From NCBI GenBank assembly GCA_050084985.1, contig JBITNC010000001.1:192820001-192884000 (forward strand): a stretch of DNA of 64,000 bases, in the 5' to 3' direction. Source of the DNA: Nageia nagi (Eukaryota > Plantae > Pinophyta). Position numbers and translations under genes: made by a program. Below, piece after piece: positions 12,685 through 26,400 of the stretch. Positions within the stretch are counted from its first letter, which is position 1. The number at the start of each line of letters is the position of its first letter. Under the pieces are notes generated by a model. That model was given only the letters and a program-made list of their open reading frames with translations. It searched no databases and was not told the DNA's origin.

Positions 12685-14714
12685 TATTGATTGGTATAAT
12701 GTAATGTTAAGGGTTTAGTCTAGTCATGTTCTACATTGCCCATAATGGTAGAGTCCTTAAAAGAGTATAAGGTGGTGGGGATGTGCTCGTGTTGATTTTC
12801 TACTCAATCTACAAGTTGTAGGTTGGTTCCTATCTATTATAAAGGTTAAAAGTAACAAAAAAGAGATAAAAAGGTAAAGAGTAATGGGAAAGAAATGAAC
12901 ATATTAAACTAAACATAAACAAGAACTATATAGCTCAAGCATTGCAGCATAGGAAACAATCCATAACCAAGATAAAGAATAGCAAACTATCTTATCCTTG
13001 AGGTCTCGTAATCATAATACACAACCATAACTTAAGATAGCATCTCATATAACATTCAAAAGTGTAATAGACAACCACTTTTCCTAAAGGGTAAAGCATT
13101 ATCATATATAAAAGCATCTTATAAACTTGGGTAAGTTTGCTTAAATATTTGACCTCTTAGACTTACAATAGTCTATTATTTATACATTTACATACCCATT
13201 TGGATAGTTATCTATCATTAATATGTATAAATACTCCTCTTGATTGAAAATAGTAAACAAATCATTTACAATTAATATTGCAACTACGTTAAATTACACA
13301 GTAATCAAGTACCAATAGTACCATAGTCTAGGAATTTGAAATTTCTAAACCAATATACTCATTAAAATGCAATCTTCCTAGTTTTTCATTGACTATTTTC
13401 TCTTGGCTTTATAGCTAATTGAAGATGCACTTATCTGTAACTTGATTGGTATGATCCAACATTGTTCTCTATCGTAGCTATCTACTTCTCCTCAACCATT
13501 AATAATTAGTATTGTATTATTGGTTGCATGGAATAATGGGGCTAATGAATAATATATCATTTAATTCCAAGAAGAAACTACCACTGTCCTATGGAAATGA
13601 GTCATAGTCGACACATTGATAGAGCCCCAAGGTCTAACACTTATGATCAAGTGGATCTAGGTGTTACTTCTTACACATTATTCTTTTATTAGTTTGGTGG
13701 GTCTTATTTCTCATTATTGGGATCTAACGATGATCAAGTTTCTCTTAGCACCCATGAATTTTAGGTAACATGTGTGATGTCAATGTTGGAAATTGATAGG
13801 TTCTATTTGATTACCTTCATGCAATATTTTTTATTGAATATGATAGTGCTCGCTAGTGTGGTACTTCTTGCCATTCATTATTTTAGAACTCGTTGATTTC
13901 ACATAAAAATGGTGACATCATTACTAAAAATTGGTCGGCTCTAATTAAGTTATCTCTATGAAATATCTCCTAATGAATGACTATCTCTTGTTGAAATTAA
14001 TACTTCCCATTGAATTAGGCAAAAAGTTATGATATCACCCTTCAAAATCGATGGGCTTTATTGACTTTTCTTTATGGAATATCTCCCATTGAATGAAATA
14101 ATATTTATTATTGCTTATGTCAGAACCTACCAATTTCACACAAAAATGGTGATGTCATAATTGAAAATTTATAGGCTATAATTGATCAACTTGCAACATC
14201 TCCCACAAATTCTCATTATTGGATCAAGACCTCCAGAATAATGGCAAGTTCTACGATATCACACACTAGAGATATAGACATTACTTAGACTAATATTTAC
14301 AATAACTCCTGATATTATAATTACAACAACTCTTGGACTTATTTTTACAACAAATCCTTCCCTTACATATTACAATACTACCCAAAAATGGTACATTGTT
14401 CTTGTTCATGACTTAGATAGAATTTTCATGAATGATGACTTTTCTATACACATAGTTCCCAAAAATTTCCATAATACCTACTAGATAGTAACTAGACCTT
14501 TTGAAATAAAATACCTAAGGTTAACACATATATAATTGATACTGGGATATTGATAACACCTAGAACTTTTAAACTCAACACAATATTGAAAAAAAGCTAA
14601 ATACACATGAAAGGGGAAGATGTAGTAAGAGTTACAAAATATTTATTGAAAAGAATGAAAGAATTAGAATGTTATAGTGTTACTATACTCAGAGTGTAAT
14701 TTTGAAAGAATATA
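12685..14714 (-). repeat. 5' LTR of copy A
   Basis: Direct repeat of 383-2415. Terminal dinucleotides mutated (TA...TA). Followed by TSD GTGAT. Confidence 0.93.
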
Positions 14715-14719
14715 GTGAT

Positions 14720-17700
14720 TTCATAACACCTAATAATATTGTATAGTGTAAATACTCTAATGTTTCTTTTTATTGTTAAAAAATAAAAAATAAAAAATTC
14801 TTGTATATATTGGTTCACCAATGGTGCACTTTCCAAGGAGGTAGGTATTTGTTAATGCTTGCATTAACTAAGCATGGTGGAGGTTAAACTTGATGGATGT
14901 AAACCATATTATCAAAAGGATAGCATTTAAGAGTATATTTTCTCAAAAAAATCACCATTTGCACCTTATCTTCCAATTTAAATATGGTGTGCTTGAATTA
15001 AATATGATCATGCTTATCATCATTGACACTACACTTTGTGCAAGCCCCATTATTCCTTGTTCATTAATTTCCATTAATAAATGATAGTTGTAAACCCTAG
15101 GCAAATAAAATATACTCCTTGACCTCTTATTTCTTCACTTAGCAAATTTTAGAGCCTAAGCTTTCCAAAGTTGCAGAGCATATCATCTACTAAGTTGTTA
15201 ACGCAAGGTGTGGAAGAGTATCAAAGTTTGATCTTATAGAGGTTCTATGTACTTGATTACCTAAGCTACATAAAAGTTATTCAACACCATGGTTAGCACT
15301 AAATATACTATAGCAATTGAGTAAGAGGGGTAGATGCTAACCTAATAGCGATTCATGAGGAATACCTAAAGAATTCTTTTGATGTCAATTGGACAGAGGT
15401 AAGAATCATCAATCATTTGGATACCTAGAAAGAAAACCTTGAAAGAATCCTATTGTAGCACTAGATGCCAAAAATTACAAGTAAAAGAAATTCATTAGTA
15501 GAATAAGAAGAAATGTTATGCTAGACTAGGGCTTGGCATATTATATGCCCTATAAGTATTTCACTTATCCAAAACTTATTTATTCAATTGCACTTAGGCA
15601 TATCCAATAAGGCTATGAGGTTAAAGCTTATAAGGAGTATAATAAAGGAGAATCTAAGTCTAGGTATCAGCTTGATATATTTTTGGACTACTCTCCATAG
15701 GAAATTGTATACACATTTGCAATCTTGACTTATTGGAGCTTTCATATCAAGAAGTAAATTGATCTCAAGAGAGAAAAGGTTCATTTTTATTAGAATGAGA
15801 GTGAGATGTTGTATTGGATTCATAAGAGGTATGAAGGTAGATGCATTAGGCTCCTTCAAATATATGACATCACTTCATTTAAGAAATCATGAGACATGAA
15901 GGTCTTACATGCATTGATATTTTCTTGGTAAGAAGACCCAAATTTAGGTAGATGAAACCATAATAAGAATGGCATATAATATTATTGATGCACATATCTA
16001 TTATGATTTTCAAGAAAAATCTATTCAATATTGAAAATTTTGATTTTTAGCACTTGCCATACTTGTGGTGGCTCATAGTCCACCAAATTTGGAAGCTCTG
16101 GCAAAAGGAGGGCTTAAAATTGAATTGAAAACTTTGTCCATAGTACCTACACCAATTTATTTAAAAGTGTTAGTGCTTACAAAATTCCATGGCTCATACT
16201 ATGAGTTATGGAGAAATTGTATGCCCAAGTGATGTAGATTCTCATGGGAAGGGTTACTCACAGATTGCATCGGTCAACCATGGAGGAGTTGCAAGGATGC
16301 AACAACATTAGAGACTAGTATTTTTTGAAAAATCATACAACTATAAAAAGGTACGGGTATTTTGAAAATTCATTTTTGTTACCAAAATTTGTTACCCTAC
16401 AGTTGTAATCTTTAGAAATGGTTTGGTAAATGTGCACAATAGAAACTAATTATAGGTTCGAGGGTAATTTTAAACCCATTATCAAAATGCCTTCCACTAT
16501 TGCAAATTTTACTTTGATAGAAATAGGTTGTGAAGATGAGTTAGAAACTTTTATTGAATTTTAAATTGAATAGTGTATATGCCCCTTAAATATATGACCT
16601 AATGGGTAATATAATAAAATTAATAAAATCAAATAAAAAAATGCCTAACATTTTACCATGAAGCTCAATTGCATGTTAAATATTTTACAAATCAAATAGA
16701 ATAAGAGGTTGAGGCATCCCCAAAGTGGGAATTCAGGATCATTAACAAGGCATGGATGGCTCTTGAAGTGATGGAAAAGTATAGAATTTAGGAGGTTAGA
16801 TGCCAAGAGTTTGCCTTGAACCCAAAGTTTGTCACCTAGTTATGGTATGAGTTGGGTGGGGACCCCAACAAAATAGAGTATTTCACTAAATTTATATTTG
16901 AATATACTAACAAAGCAAATCATGTTGAAAAATAATGCTTTGGTTAGTTTCAATGTGATTAGTACTTAAATACCCAATACATGAAAGACCCACTATCAAA
17001 AATAGGAAAGCCACCACCAACCAATTTTTAAGGGAAAGTTGCAAAAGAGGATCAACCATTGGTGCAGTGGGTACTCAAGCTATAAAACCCAATGAAGAGA
17101 AGAGAAGAATAAGCTTCTAGTTGATGGTAGCTTCAATAAAAGAAAAAAAAAATAACTACTACTTCTTAGGAGTCTTATCTAAAGAGAAGAAGAATTAGAA
17201 CATTATCATAAGCATAATAAACCTCGAAGAAGAAATAGGTAGAAAAGAAGGCACATACCATTAAGTCATATGTGGCAAGAAGCACTTAGACCCCACCCCA
17301 TCTCCCCAAGAAATAATCCATGAATAGCCTAAACCAAGTATAGGGGAAACTAAACTGATGAATGTTGAAGAAACCCAAAGGTCACAAAGCACTAACACCA
17401 TTGTTTATCAAGATACTCAATAAGAAATGAGAGATGAAGTGCAATAAGGGGGGGAATGTACTAGGCATAGGTGGTACCATAACAATGAGAGGTGATGTAG
17501 GAAAAGATGGAGATGATGGTGATGACAAAGATCTAAGCAAAAAAAAGACTTTGGCACAAAGGACAATCCACCTAAAGAAAAGCCTATCATAGATGAAGAA
17601 GAAAGAGATGTACAGATTACAGCCTCTATAGAGAAAGCAACTCAAAAGCCTGGTCATGATACTCTAGCATCCACCTCATGAGCAGGTGAATATTTCCATT

Positions 17701-18770
17701 CATTAATTCCTTTTTCCACAACCTCATAAGAGAAAATAAAAAGTCATTTTTCTACTCAAGTAATAGAGCCCATATATTGGGAAACATTTGTTAATAAACC
17801 CCCTATGCTCTTGGAGCAATAGATGAAAATTTTGAGTAAAGTAATGAAAATGGTGGATATTATAATTGCTCAAATGTCTTTTAAAGAAGGGAAAATAGAC
17901 ACAACTCCCATAGTTGTGATAAATGTAAAAATGCAGAGTGCTCTAGCTATGGACCAATCCAGGTTTTTAATTAATACTTCCCTGATGGTAGGAAAGAATC
18001 TCCAATCTATGGATAACAAGATAGATAAGTTGAATAAAAAGATTAATCAATATAATAAATACTACCTCTATAAATATAAAATGTTATCCAAGTTATAGAA
18101 TCAAGAGTTAATAGATAAATTGTCCAAGCAAAAGTTTGATCATGAAAAGAGCCTTGAAGAGGCTAAAGCTGAGCTAGAAAGCATGAAGAAACAAATTAAA
18201 AACCTAAATTCTCAGGCCATAGTGATTGAAAAATAAAAGGCTTAGTATACTGAAGAGGAGTTGAAGAAGATAGTAGCAACAAATAAAGTGCTAAATGATG
18301 ATAAGGTCAGGTTGCTATAGATTTTTAAGAATTTTAGAAAAATACTAGTTGAGCAGATAGGAGACAAACTGGTCAACATATCCTAGCTCTATATATTATA
18401 GAATCAAATAGAATAAGATCTCTAGAAATAGTTTCTCAGACCATACTTCATAAACTAGTCTTAATAATCCCCATATCAATGATTGAAGGTATGCAAAGTT
18501 GGCTTAGGGCCTTAACCAAGAAATATTTGACCATAATTACTCCAAGGCCTAGATAAACCAATCTGAGAAGGACAAAGGATATCTATGATTTGCAATTTTT
18601 AGTGTTTGTTATGGATTTGGAGAAATATCAATTAAATATAGAGATCAAATTTGTAAATATATTCTTTCATTCTTTAGTCCAATTGAAAGCTCCCAAATTA
18701 TGAGAGGAACTAGATGTACAGGGTAGCATCGATCGATGGGTGGTGAATACCAAATAATTTTTGGAATAGT
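14720..18770 (+). mobile_element. Right part of element C: post-pol spacer and extra ORF (ATG 15289), truncated before the 3' LTR
   Basis: Colinear with B ~53822-57900 (e.g. YLWWLI-HQ; LKAPKL..E.DV..S.DRWVVNTK). Similarity ends abruptly near 18770. Confidence 0.85.
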
Positions 18771-18784
18771 TAAAAATTAATTTT

Positions 18785-18960
18785 TGTACACCTTCATAAT
18801 TAGTTCACCCCATGTGAGAAAATAATTGTACATATTTTTCACATTTGATGTACACCTTCATGGTTAGTTCATTTTGTGTGAAGAACTAGTTGTACATATT
18901 TTGCACATTTGATGTACACCTTTATGGTTAGTTTGTTCTGTGTGAGGAACTAGTGATACA
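18785..18960. repeat. 64-bp tandem repeat, ~3 copies
   Basis: TGTACACC units start at 18785, 18849 and 18913. Confidence 0.85.
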
Positions 18961-20423
18961 TCTTGGATTCTATCAACATTGTTTCCATTATCACTATGTG
19001 AGAAACTTGTATGTGCTTATGCATCATTTTCTATAGCAGGTGATTGCCTCTTTGATTAGTGAAATTTTCATCAAGGGGGAGAAATAAATATGATGTCAAC
19101 TTCAACCACTTAAACTACCATATATCCTATACAATTAAAGTTCCATACAATAAATCCTTTGGATAATTTAATTTTACATTTTTTTCATTCATGTTACATG
19201 CTTTATTAAGACCTATAGTATAAATATAAACTTATATTATTGCTTAAGATGTTAAAGCTAAACTTATTACTTAGGATGGAAAGTTTATTTGGTAACATGT
19301 GGTTGATAGTGCATTGGATATTATGAACCATTTGATATATATGTTATTGATATACATGCTCATGTATAATATATGTTGATTTAGTGTATTTGTATGCACA
19401 TGTGATATTTTTAGATATCATAGTTGATGATGGATATCATCTTTGATGTTGTGCATATATGTTTACTTGGCATCTTTGTATGCATCATTTGATCAATGTA
19501 TGGATTGTATTATTTGACTCATTTATTAATAAATGTATCATGCAACTAACTAATTTTGTTTATGAGATGCTAGTAGCATGCAAGGTTCTTCTTAATGCAA
19601 GCTACTTGCTTTAGGTGAGTAGGCTCATGGAGGTTTATCATGTTGACTTGTTGTTGAATGATTACTACTTGTATATTGAAACAATTTATGGTTAATAATT
19701 GTATTGTAAAACTATTTGGTAATATGGTTAAATAATTGGACCTTGTAAAACCATCTAAATTCTATTACTTTCTCACAAGTTCTCATCTATGATTGTATTC
19801 TTATGGAGGAGAACTATTTGGCTCTTTCTCTTTGTATTCTGGCCTCTTTACCCCAATATTGCATTAAGAGGGAGTGTTAGAAATTATAATGCACTATTGT
19901 GTAATACATCTCTTTAATGTAACCCACTTAATACTTAAAGGTATCTAGATACCTTAAGTACTAAGGGAATAAAATAGTAAAAAAATTTAACTTAAACCTT
20001 GGATAAAATAGTAGTTAAAGAGAGGGTTGTATGCTATAAATATAGGCTACCCCCCTCTCATAACACACACTTAGAGATGCATGAAAATGCTAGTCTTGTA
20101 GAATTATAGGAAAGCTCTTGTAGGAGTTTTGTAGAGGAACTCATAAAAGAATTCTTGAGAAATTATAAGAGAGTTATCTTGTAAGAATTAATAGAAAAGA
20201 TGGTTTAAAGTGGATGTACTCCCAAGAGATGTAGGAACCACTATACTTCTACATATCACTTTGTGTGATTCTTTTATTATTTAGTTCCTAATATAGATGA
20301 GTTAATTTTATTGAATATGTATGGAATCCTTCAAGGGGTTATTGTGTATGGAATCCTTAAATTCCATTAGCTTCAGCTATCTAATCCACTATGACTTGAT
20401 ATTTAATGTATTTCTAACTAACA
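18785..20423 (+). mobile_element. 3' end of a probable Ty1/copia element (3' region, PPT, LTR ~19875-20423)
   Basis: PPT AAGAGGGAG directly before TGTTAGAAAT (19875). Matching ATTTCTAAC(TAACA) near 20410-20423. Second PPT-like CAAGGGGGAG near 19072 and TATA-like TATAAATA in the LTR. No coding domain seen. Confidence 0.6.
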
Positions 20424-23400
20424 AACTTGAAGTTAAAATTCAATAAAAATATGATCCATTTACACATTTGAGAATTATGACAAGTCTTGTTCATCATATG
20501 TTGGAGGGGATTAGCATGAGAAATTACTTAATTCATGTGATTAATCATGTAATGACATAATTTATTAGCTACAAAGATAATGGCAAGGCAAAATACACTC
20601 TATGTAGATATACCTAACCTCATAATCAACAAGGGCATGATTAAGGTAATACATGGCTTGCTCCTTACCTTGATTGTTATTTTGAGCAAGCATGATACCC
20701 AAATAAAAATAAATCATTGAAAGGTAAAGATAAAAAGGTATACCATCCCTAGGAGGGATTAGGATAGGAGTAGTATTTAGATAATGCTTAATATCATCAA
20801 AATCTCATTAGCACTTCTCATTCCACTCAAAGATAATGCCCTTATTTAAGAGCTTGTTGAAAGGATGACACTTATCCGAAAGTTAAGCTATAAAGAAAAA
20901 AATAGCTTGAATCTTAATTTGAATACTTCTCAAGGTTTTAAGATTGTGAGGAGAAGCATATCGATAATAGCTTTTACCTTTTTAGGTTCAACCTCAATGC
21001 CTCACTTCAACATGATGAAACCTATAATCTTACTTGACATGACACCAAAAACACACTTCTTAGAGTTCAACCTAACATTACACTTAAGGAGATGATGAAA
21101 TACCTTATGAAGAACATCCCACTATCCTTAATGTGTCTTAGATTTGGCTAAGAGATCATCAACATAATCTTCTACAATATCATGCATCATGTCATGAAAG
21201 ATGTAGGTCATGGCTCTTCGATAGATGGCTCCAACATTCTTAAGAGTGAAATGCATGACTCTATAACAATAGGTCCCCTAAGGGATGGTGAAGGTTATTT
21301 TATGTTGATCATTAGGATTAACCTAAATTTGGTTATAGCCTGAAAAACCATCCATAAGGTATAACATATCATACCCTACAATATTGTCAACTAAGATATC
21401 GATGTTGGGTAGAGGGAAATCATCTTTAGGACAAACCTTGTTAAGATTATAGATATTTATGCAAATGCAAATATGACCATCGTACTTATTAATAGGAGCC
21501 ATATTGGAAACCCACTTTTGGTAATCAATAGATTCAATGAAGCAAGCTTTCAAAAGCTTTTGCAACTCATCCTTGATCAAAAGAGACTAGGCTAGATTGA
21601 ATTTCCTAGGTTTTTGCTTGATTGGTTTGGCATTGAGATAAGTTACAATGTTATGCACCACAAGGTTTGGATCTAATCTTGGTATATCATTATAACTAAA
21701 ACAAAAAGTTTATGACACTCAACTAAGATGGACTTAGCTAATTTGCACTCATACTCATTCAAAACATTGTTAATATAAATAATCTTAGGATTCTCGGGAT
21801 CATTGCTAATGTCAATCTCAACTAGGCCTCCAACATGCATGTGATACTACTCTTCAAGTTGCTTAAGGTAAATAATATATGAGTAATTATTTACAATGGG
21901 ATTAGAAATGGATGACACAAAACTTCATGAAGATGTCTCATCAAAGGACCAATGAGAGAGAATAAAAACATCGCATGGTGAAAAGATACATGATGGTGAT
22001 AAGGAGAAAATTATGGATTTAGGACCAACAATAGACAAAGAATCACCATCAATGGGGTGATGAAAAGGATCAAGCTCATTGATAGAAACCATATTGATAG
22101 AAATAATCATGTTTGAAAATAAGGGATCATCAAAGAAATCCAAAGGGATAGAGTAATTAGATGAGATAGGACTAGAAGGATGAAAATAAATACCAACATC
22201 ATCAACATCAAAAGATTGATCTTGAATGTCAAGGTTGGCAAACTCCTATTCACCCTTAAAACCAAGGCCCCATTTGTCATGACTAGCTTGAAAAGTAGTT
22301 TGGAAGGCATGTACCATACCTTGGTCATACTTACCTAATCCATAACCTTGCCATTTACAATACTCAAAATATCATCAAATAAAGTTAGGAAAGAAAAGTA
22401 ATCAAATTTAACATAAAATTTCTCCTTTAAAGTATGGTCAAAAGGTACATCATATGGAGAATCAACACCAATGTAAGTATAAAAAAACTACTTGGGACTT
22501 TTACCTAAAGGAATCATAGACCCAATAGTGATGGAGGCATCCTAAGGTCAACCAAAAGTCTTGAATGATTTTATGTTATATGATACATCCTCAATTCAAT
22601 ATTCCCCTACACCAAGATTGGCATATTGCACCAAAATAGGGTAAGTATTAGAATCATCATCCTTATCCTAGATGACATGATCAAATGAAGAGGTATGACA
22701 TTCTTCCTCTGGGGAAGATCGAAGTGGCATGTCTAATGATTGATAAAGGTCACAAGTTGGGGGAACTTGATTATAGGATTGAAGCTGAGTGGGCTTGGGT
22801 TGAGACTTCTTGACTTGAGACCTCGAACTCAATGACTACAATGATGGAGATGCGATGGGTGATTTACCATGTGGATGTATAGGGTGAGGTACATCCAATG
22901 GAGGTGACGATGATGAGGGTTCTGACATAAGAGACGGGTTAGGATGAGAATTTGATAATTGGAGACCTTGTGAACTATATGATTTTCGATTGGGATTATT
23001 GTTCATAAGGATAGTGATGGGAAACAAACTCGGCATAAAAAATAGATTAGGAGAATGAATAAGGCTGCAATGGCTAAAGGGGTTAGAATTCATCAAGATG
23101 TAATGGGTCTTTCCATCATACAAATACTTGAAGCAACCATGCATCAAAGAGGAAACACCCTCCATATCATCAATCCAAGGTCATACCAAAAGAATTTTAT
23201 ACTACATCTCACCCTCGATAACATAACAAGGTGTAGGAACTAATCTCACTCCAACCTTAATAGGAATCACAACAACACCCAAGGTGGTAGATAAAGTATT
23301 ATTGAAGGCCCTAATGGCCAAAGTGGGAGCACTTAAGTAAGACATAGGTATACCCAAATTTTTAATTACCACTATAGATACCACATTGATATCTAACCCT

Positions 23401-26400
23401 TTATCAATCATGACTCTCTTAACTCCTTTACCATCTATGTATGCAACAATGTAAATAGTTGGATGCTTCTTAGATGATCTTGGGGCATGATATACCTCAT
23501 CCATATAGAAAGTGATAGAAGGCCTCATATAATATTTAACAATTGCACAAAAATCCACAAAGGCATTAGGATATTCATTAGACAACTCAATGGTCTTAAG
23601 TATATCATTCAAGGCATCCTTATGAGCCTTGGATTGTTGCAACAAATCCCATAAGGATAGCTTAGTAGGAGTTAACCATAATTATTTCTCTAATTAATAT
23701 TGAACTATAATGGCTATTCTAGAAGGTTGTGATGAAACTTGGATATTGACTAGTTGTGTGTGTTGTTGTGCTCTTATGTATTTAGGGGGAGGTGCTCTCT
23801 CACCTCCCCTCCATATACGAGTGGCAACATGAATTGGCTCAATGCCCATCATACCAACAAACTTAGTGGGTAAGGGATCATCATGTGTTACTTGCCTTGA
23901 TGTGGAGGCCATGGTACTCACTTGGTTTACATTAGGACTATGCCCTGGTAAAGGATTTTGATATACCCCCAAATCCCTATTGGGTTAAGCTTGGGATGCT
24001 CCTATGGATATGTGACCATCATAAATTAAACTTTGAATTGTGGCCCTTAAGTGTTGACACTTTTTGGTTGCTTTTTCTTATTTTAAATGTAAGGAACAAA
24101 ACTCATCATCCCTATACCATTGTGGCCTTGCACCATTAGTGTCCTCTTACTTATCTCAGGAAGCGTAACTAGTCTAGCATCAAGAAGCTTCTTAAGTATA
24201 TCCTCAATAGGCTCTGCTAATGGTGTTTAATTCCTTTGTTGTTGTTGTGGTTTCCTTAGTGGTCTAGGAGGTCTTGGTTGATTATTAACATGATTACCTT
24301 TATTATATTTCCCTTGATCTTATTGTTGGTATTGGTTTCTTGGTTGGTTATTCCTTTTCCTAGGAGGTGCTAGTTGTAGAATAGGTTATGCTTGATTAAC
24401 CGCATAGTGACTTGGTTTGCTTTTGGCCTAGGTTAAGTTTGGTTGGGATTTCCACCATTGTTGCAATTCATTTGATTATTATTATTATCTTTTTTCCTAA
24501 GTTTTATTTCACCCTCTTGAATTTTTACTTATTAAATGATCTTTGCTAGAGCTAAGGCATATTCAAAGGTAAGGTTCTTTTGAATCTGTAGGATAGAAGA
24601 AATGTACTTGTTACAACTCCTAGAGAATAACTTGACCAACTTTTCTTGAGAAAAACTATAGGCCATATTGATCACAATCAATCTCCAATGACATACATAA
24701 TCTGATATTGACTCATCATCAAATTAGGATAGCTTACTCAAATTTGTGATGGAGGATCTCTTCTTTATGTTTATCTCAAAATGATCCAAAAATTGATTAA
24801 CCAATTACTCAAAAGAGAAGATACTATGTCAAGGAAAATTTTTATACCAATCCAAGGCTTGACCTACCAAAGTCAAAGGAAATATTCTTAACATAATAAC
24901 ATCATCATTAGTTATGATGTAACAAGAGTACTTTAATTGCCTTAAATGTTCTTTAGGATCCTTCTTTCACTTGAATTTATCCATTTTGGGAACCTCAAAC
25001 TTGTAAGGGAAATCCTTGATGGATATGGATAGATGGATTGGTTCATTGCAAATAGATCCATTAGATAGCTTGAACTTGCCTTGATCATTAAGCCTTTGCT
25101 CCATTTCTTGCAACTTCTTAAGAATCTCATCATGAGGAATGGATGGAGGAAAGGACCAAAAAACTTGATAACTTGGACCTTGATAAGAATTGGTTGCTTA
25201 AGGTTACCCTTGAAGTTGATACAATTTTTGTGTTGGGGAAATATTCACTTGTTATGTATGGTGGGGTTGAGATACAAACCCTTGAGCCATTTGGCTATGG
25301 AAACCTTAAGGAGGAAATTGAGTTTTTCCAAGAGATGGATCTTGAACATGTTGAAAAGATCAAAAATATTTTTGGGTAGGGGTAGTCCCCCATGGTTTAG
25401 AACCAACATATATTTGTGTTTGATTAGGATTTTGAGAATGAGCATATGTGGGTATAACAACTTAAGAAGAAGAAGGAGGAGCTTGAGACAAAACATTAAT
25501 GTACACCCTAGGATGAGGAACTTTGGGTGGCACATATGATAGAATTATTTCTTAAGGATTACGGTTTATCATGTTGCTAGGTGCTATAGGATCTTGTTGA
25601 TATGATAGATAATGTGGATCAATGCTAGTAACTTGGGGAGGAGTTGCAATCCTCAGTACTTGTGGGTTGATATTTACCTCTTGCTCTTGATGGGTGTCAA
25701 CTAAGTATGGAAATCTCTTGGATTTTTTAAGCCTATACCTTCTTCAAACATTTGGGATATATCCTCATCATCATGATGGGGAGCACTTGATGGTCTCAAA
25801 GTGAGGATTTTGATTTATGGGTGAGAGGATTGGACCAAAGGGTCCACTTGAGAAATCAATGGAGCTTGAGGCAAGATTGATAACACTTGTTGAACTTTTC
25901 TTAGAGGTAAGGGAGGAGGAATAAAATAAGATCACTCTCTTCCTTCTAACTCATCATTATGGGCACTCATTATACACAATATGGTAGTGGGAGACTCAAG
26001 AGGATCATGTGGTGGAGGATAAATGGAGGAAGATGGCATGTTAGAAGGTGGAGGATTGCCATAGGTAAGATCATAGTGATAAATGATATTATAAGGATCA
26101 AGAAGGACTGATGTGTTTATCTTATGGAGTGTAGTTACCATAGTGGAAATGTGGGGTAAGAAAGGAGGCAAAGGTTGTGATACCTTTGTTTCTTCTTCTA
26201 GGGGAGGTGGTGGATTGATCAAAGGTTGACTCTCTATGTTAGCAACATGGGGTGATGAAGGCCTAGGACCAAAGGTTATCTAGCCTTAAATTGGAAAAAG
26301 AGGTCTTAGATATGAAAATCACTCAATAAGAGTTGTTCCTAAGATGGAGGGTCATCATGGATGGCTTTGACATGATGTGGAGAACTAACATCACCATACA

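Larger units (their letters stand above)
383..14714 (-). mobile_element. Full-length degenerate Ty3/gypsy Tat-like LTR retrotransposon, copy A (14.3 kb)
   Basis: Two ~2.03-kb direct repeats (383-2415, 12685-14714). Perfect 5-bp TSD GTGAT at 378-382 and 14715-14719. Gag, PR, aRH, RT (IILIYLDDIIVFSK), RH and INT remnants on the minus strand. Confidence 0.95.

Noticed and set aside
383-14714. Insertion age from LTR divergence
   Set aside because: LTR pairs are visibly diverged, but I cannot compute a reliable distance, and methylation-driven transitions would bias a clock.
25081-25539. 152-aa and 78-aa plus-strand ORFs in element D
   Set aside because: Antisense to the Pro/Gln-rich gag leader; low complexity.
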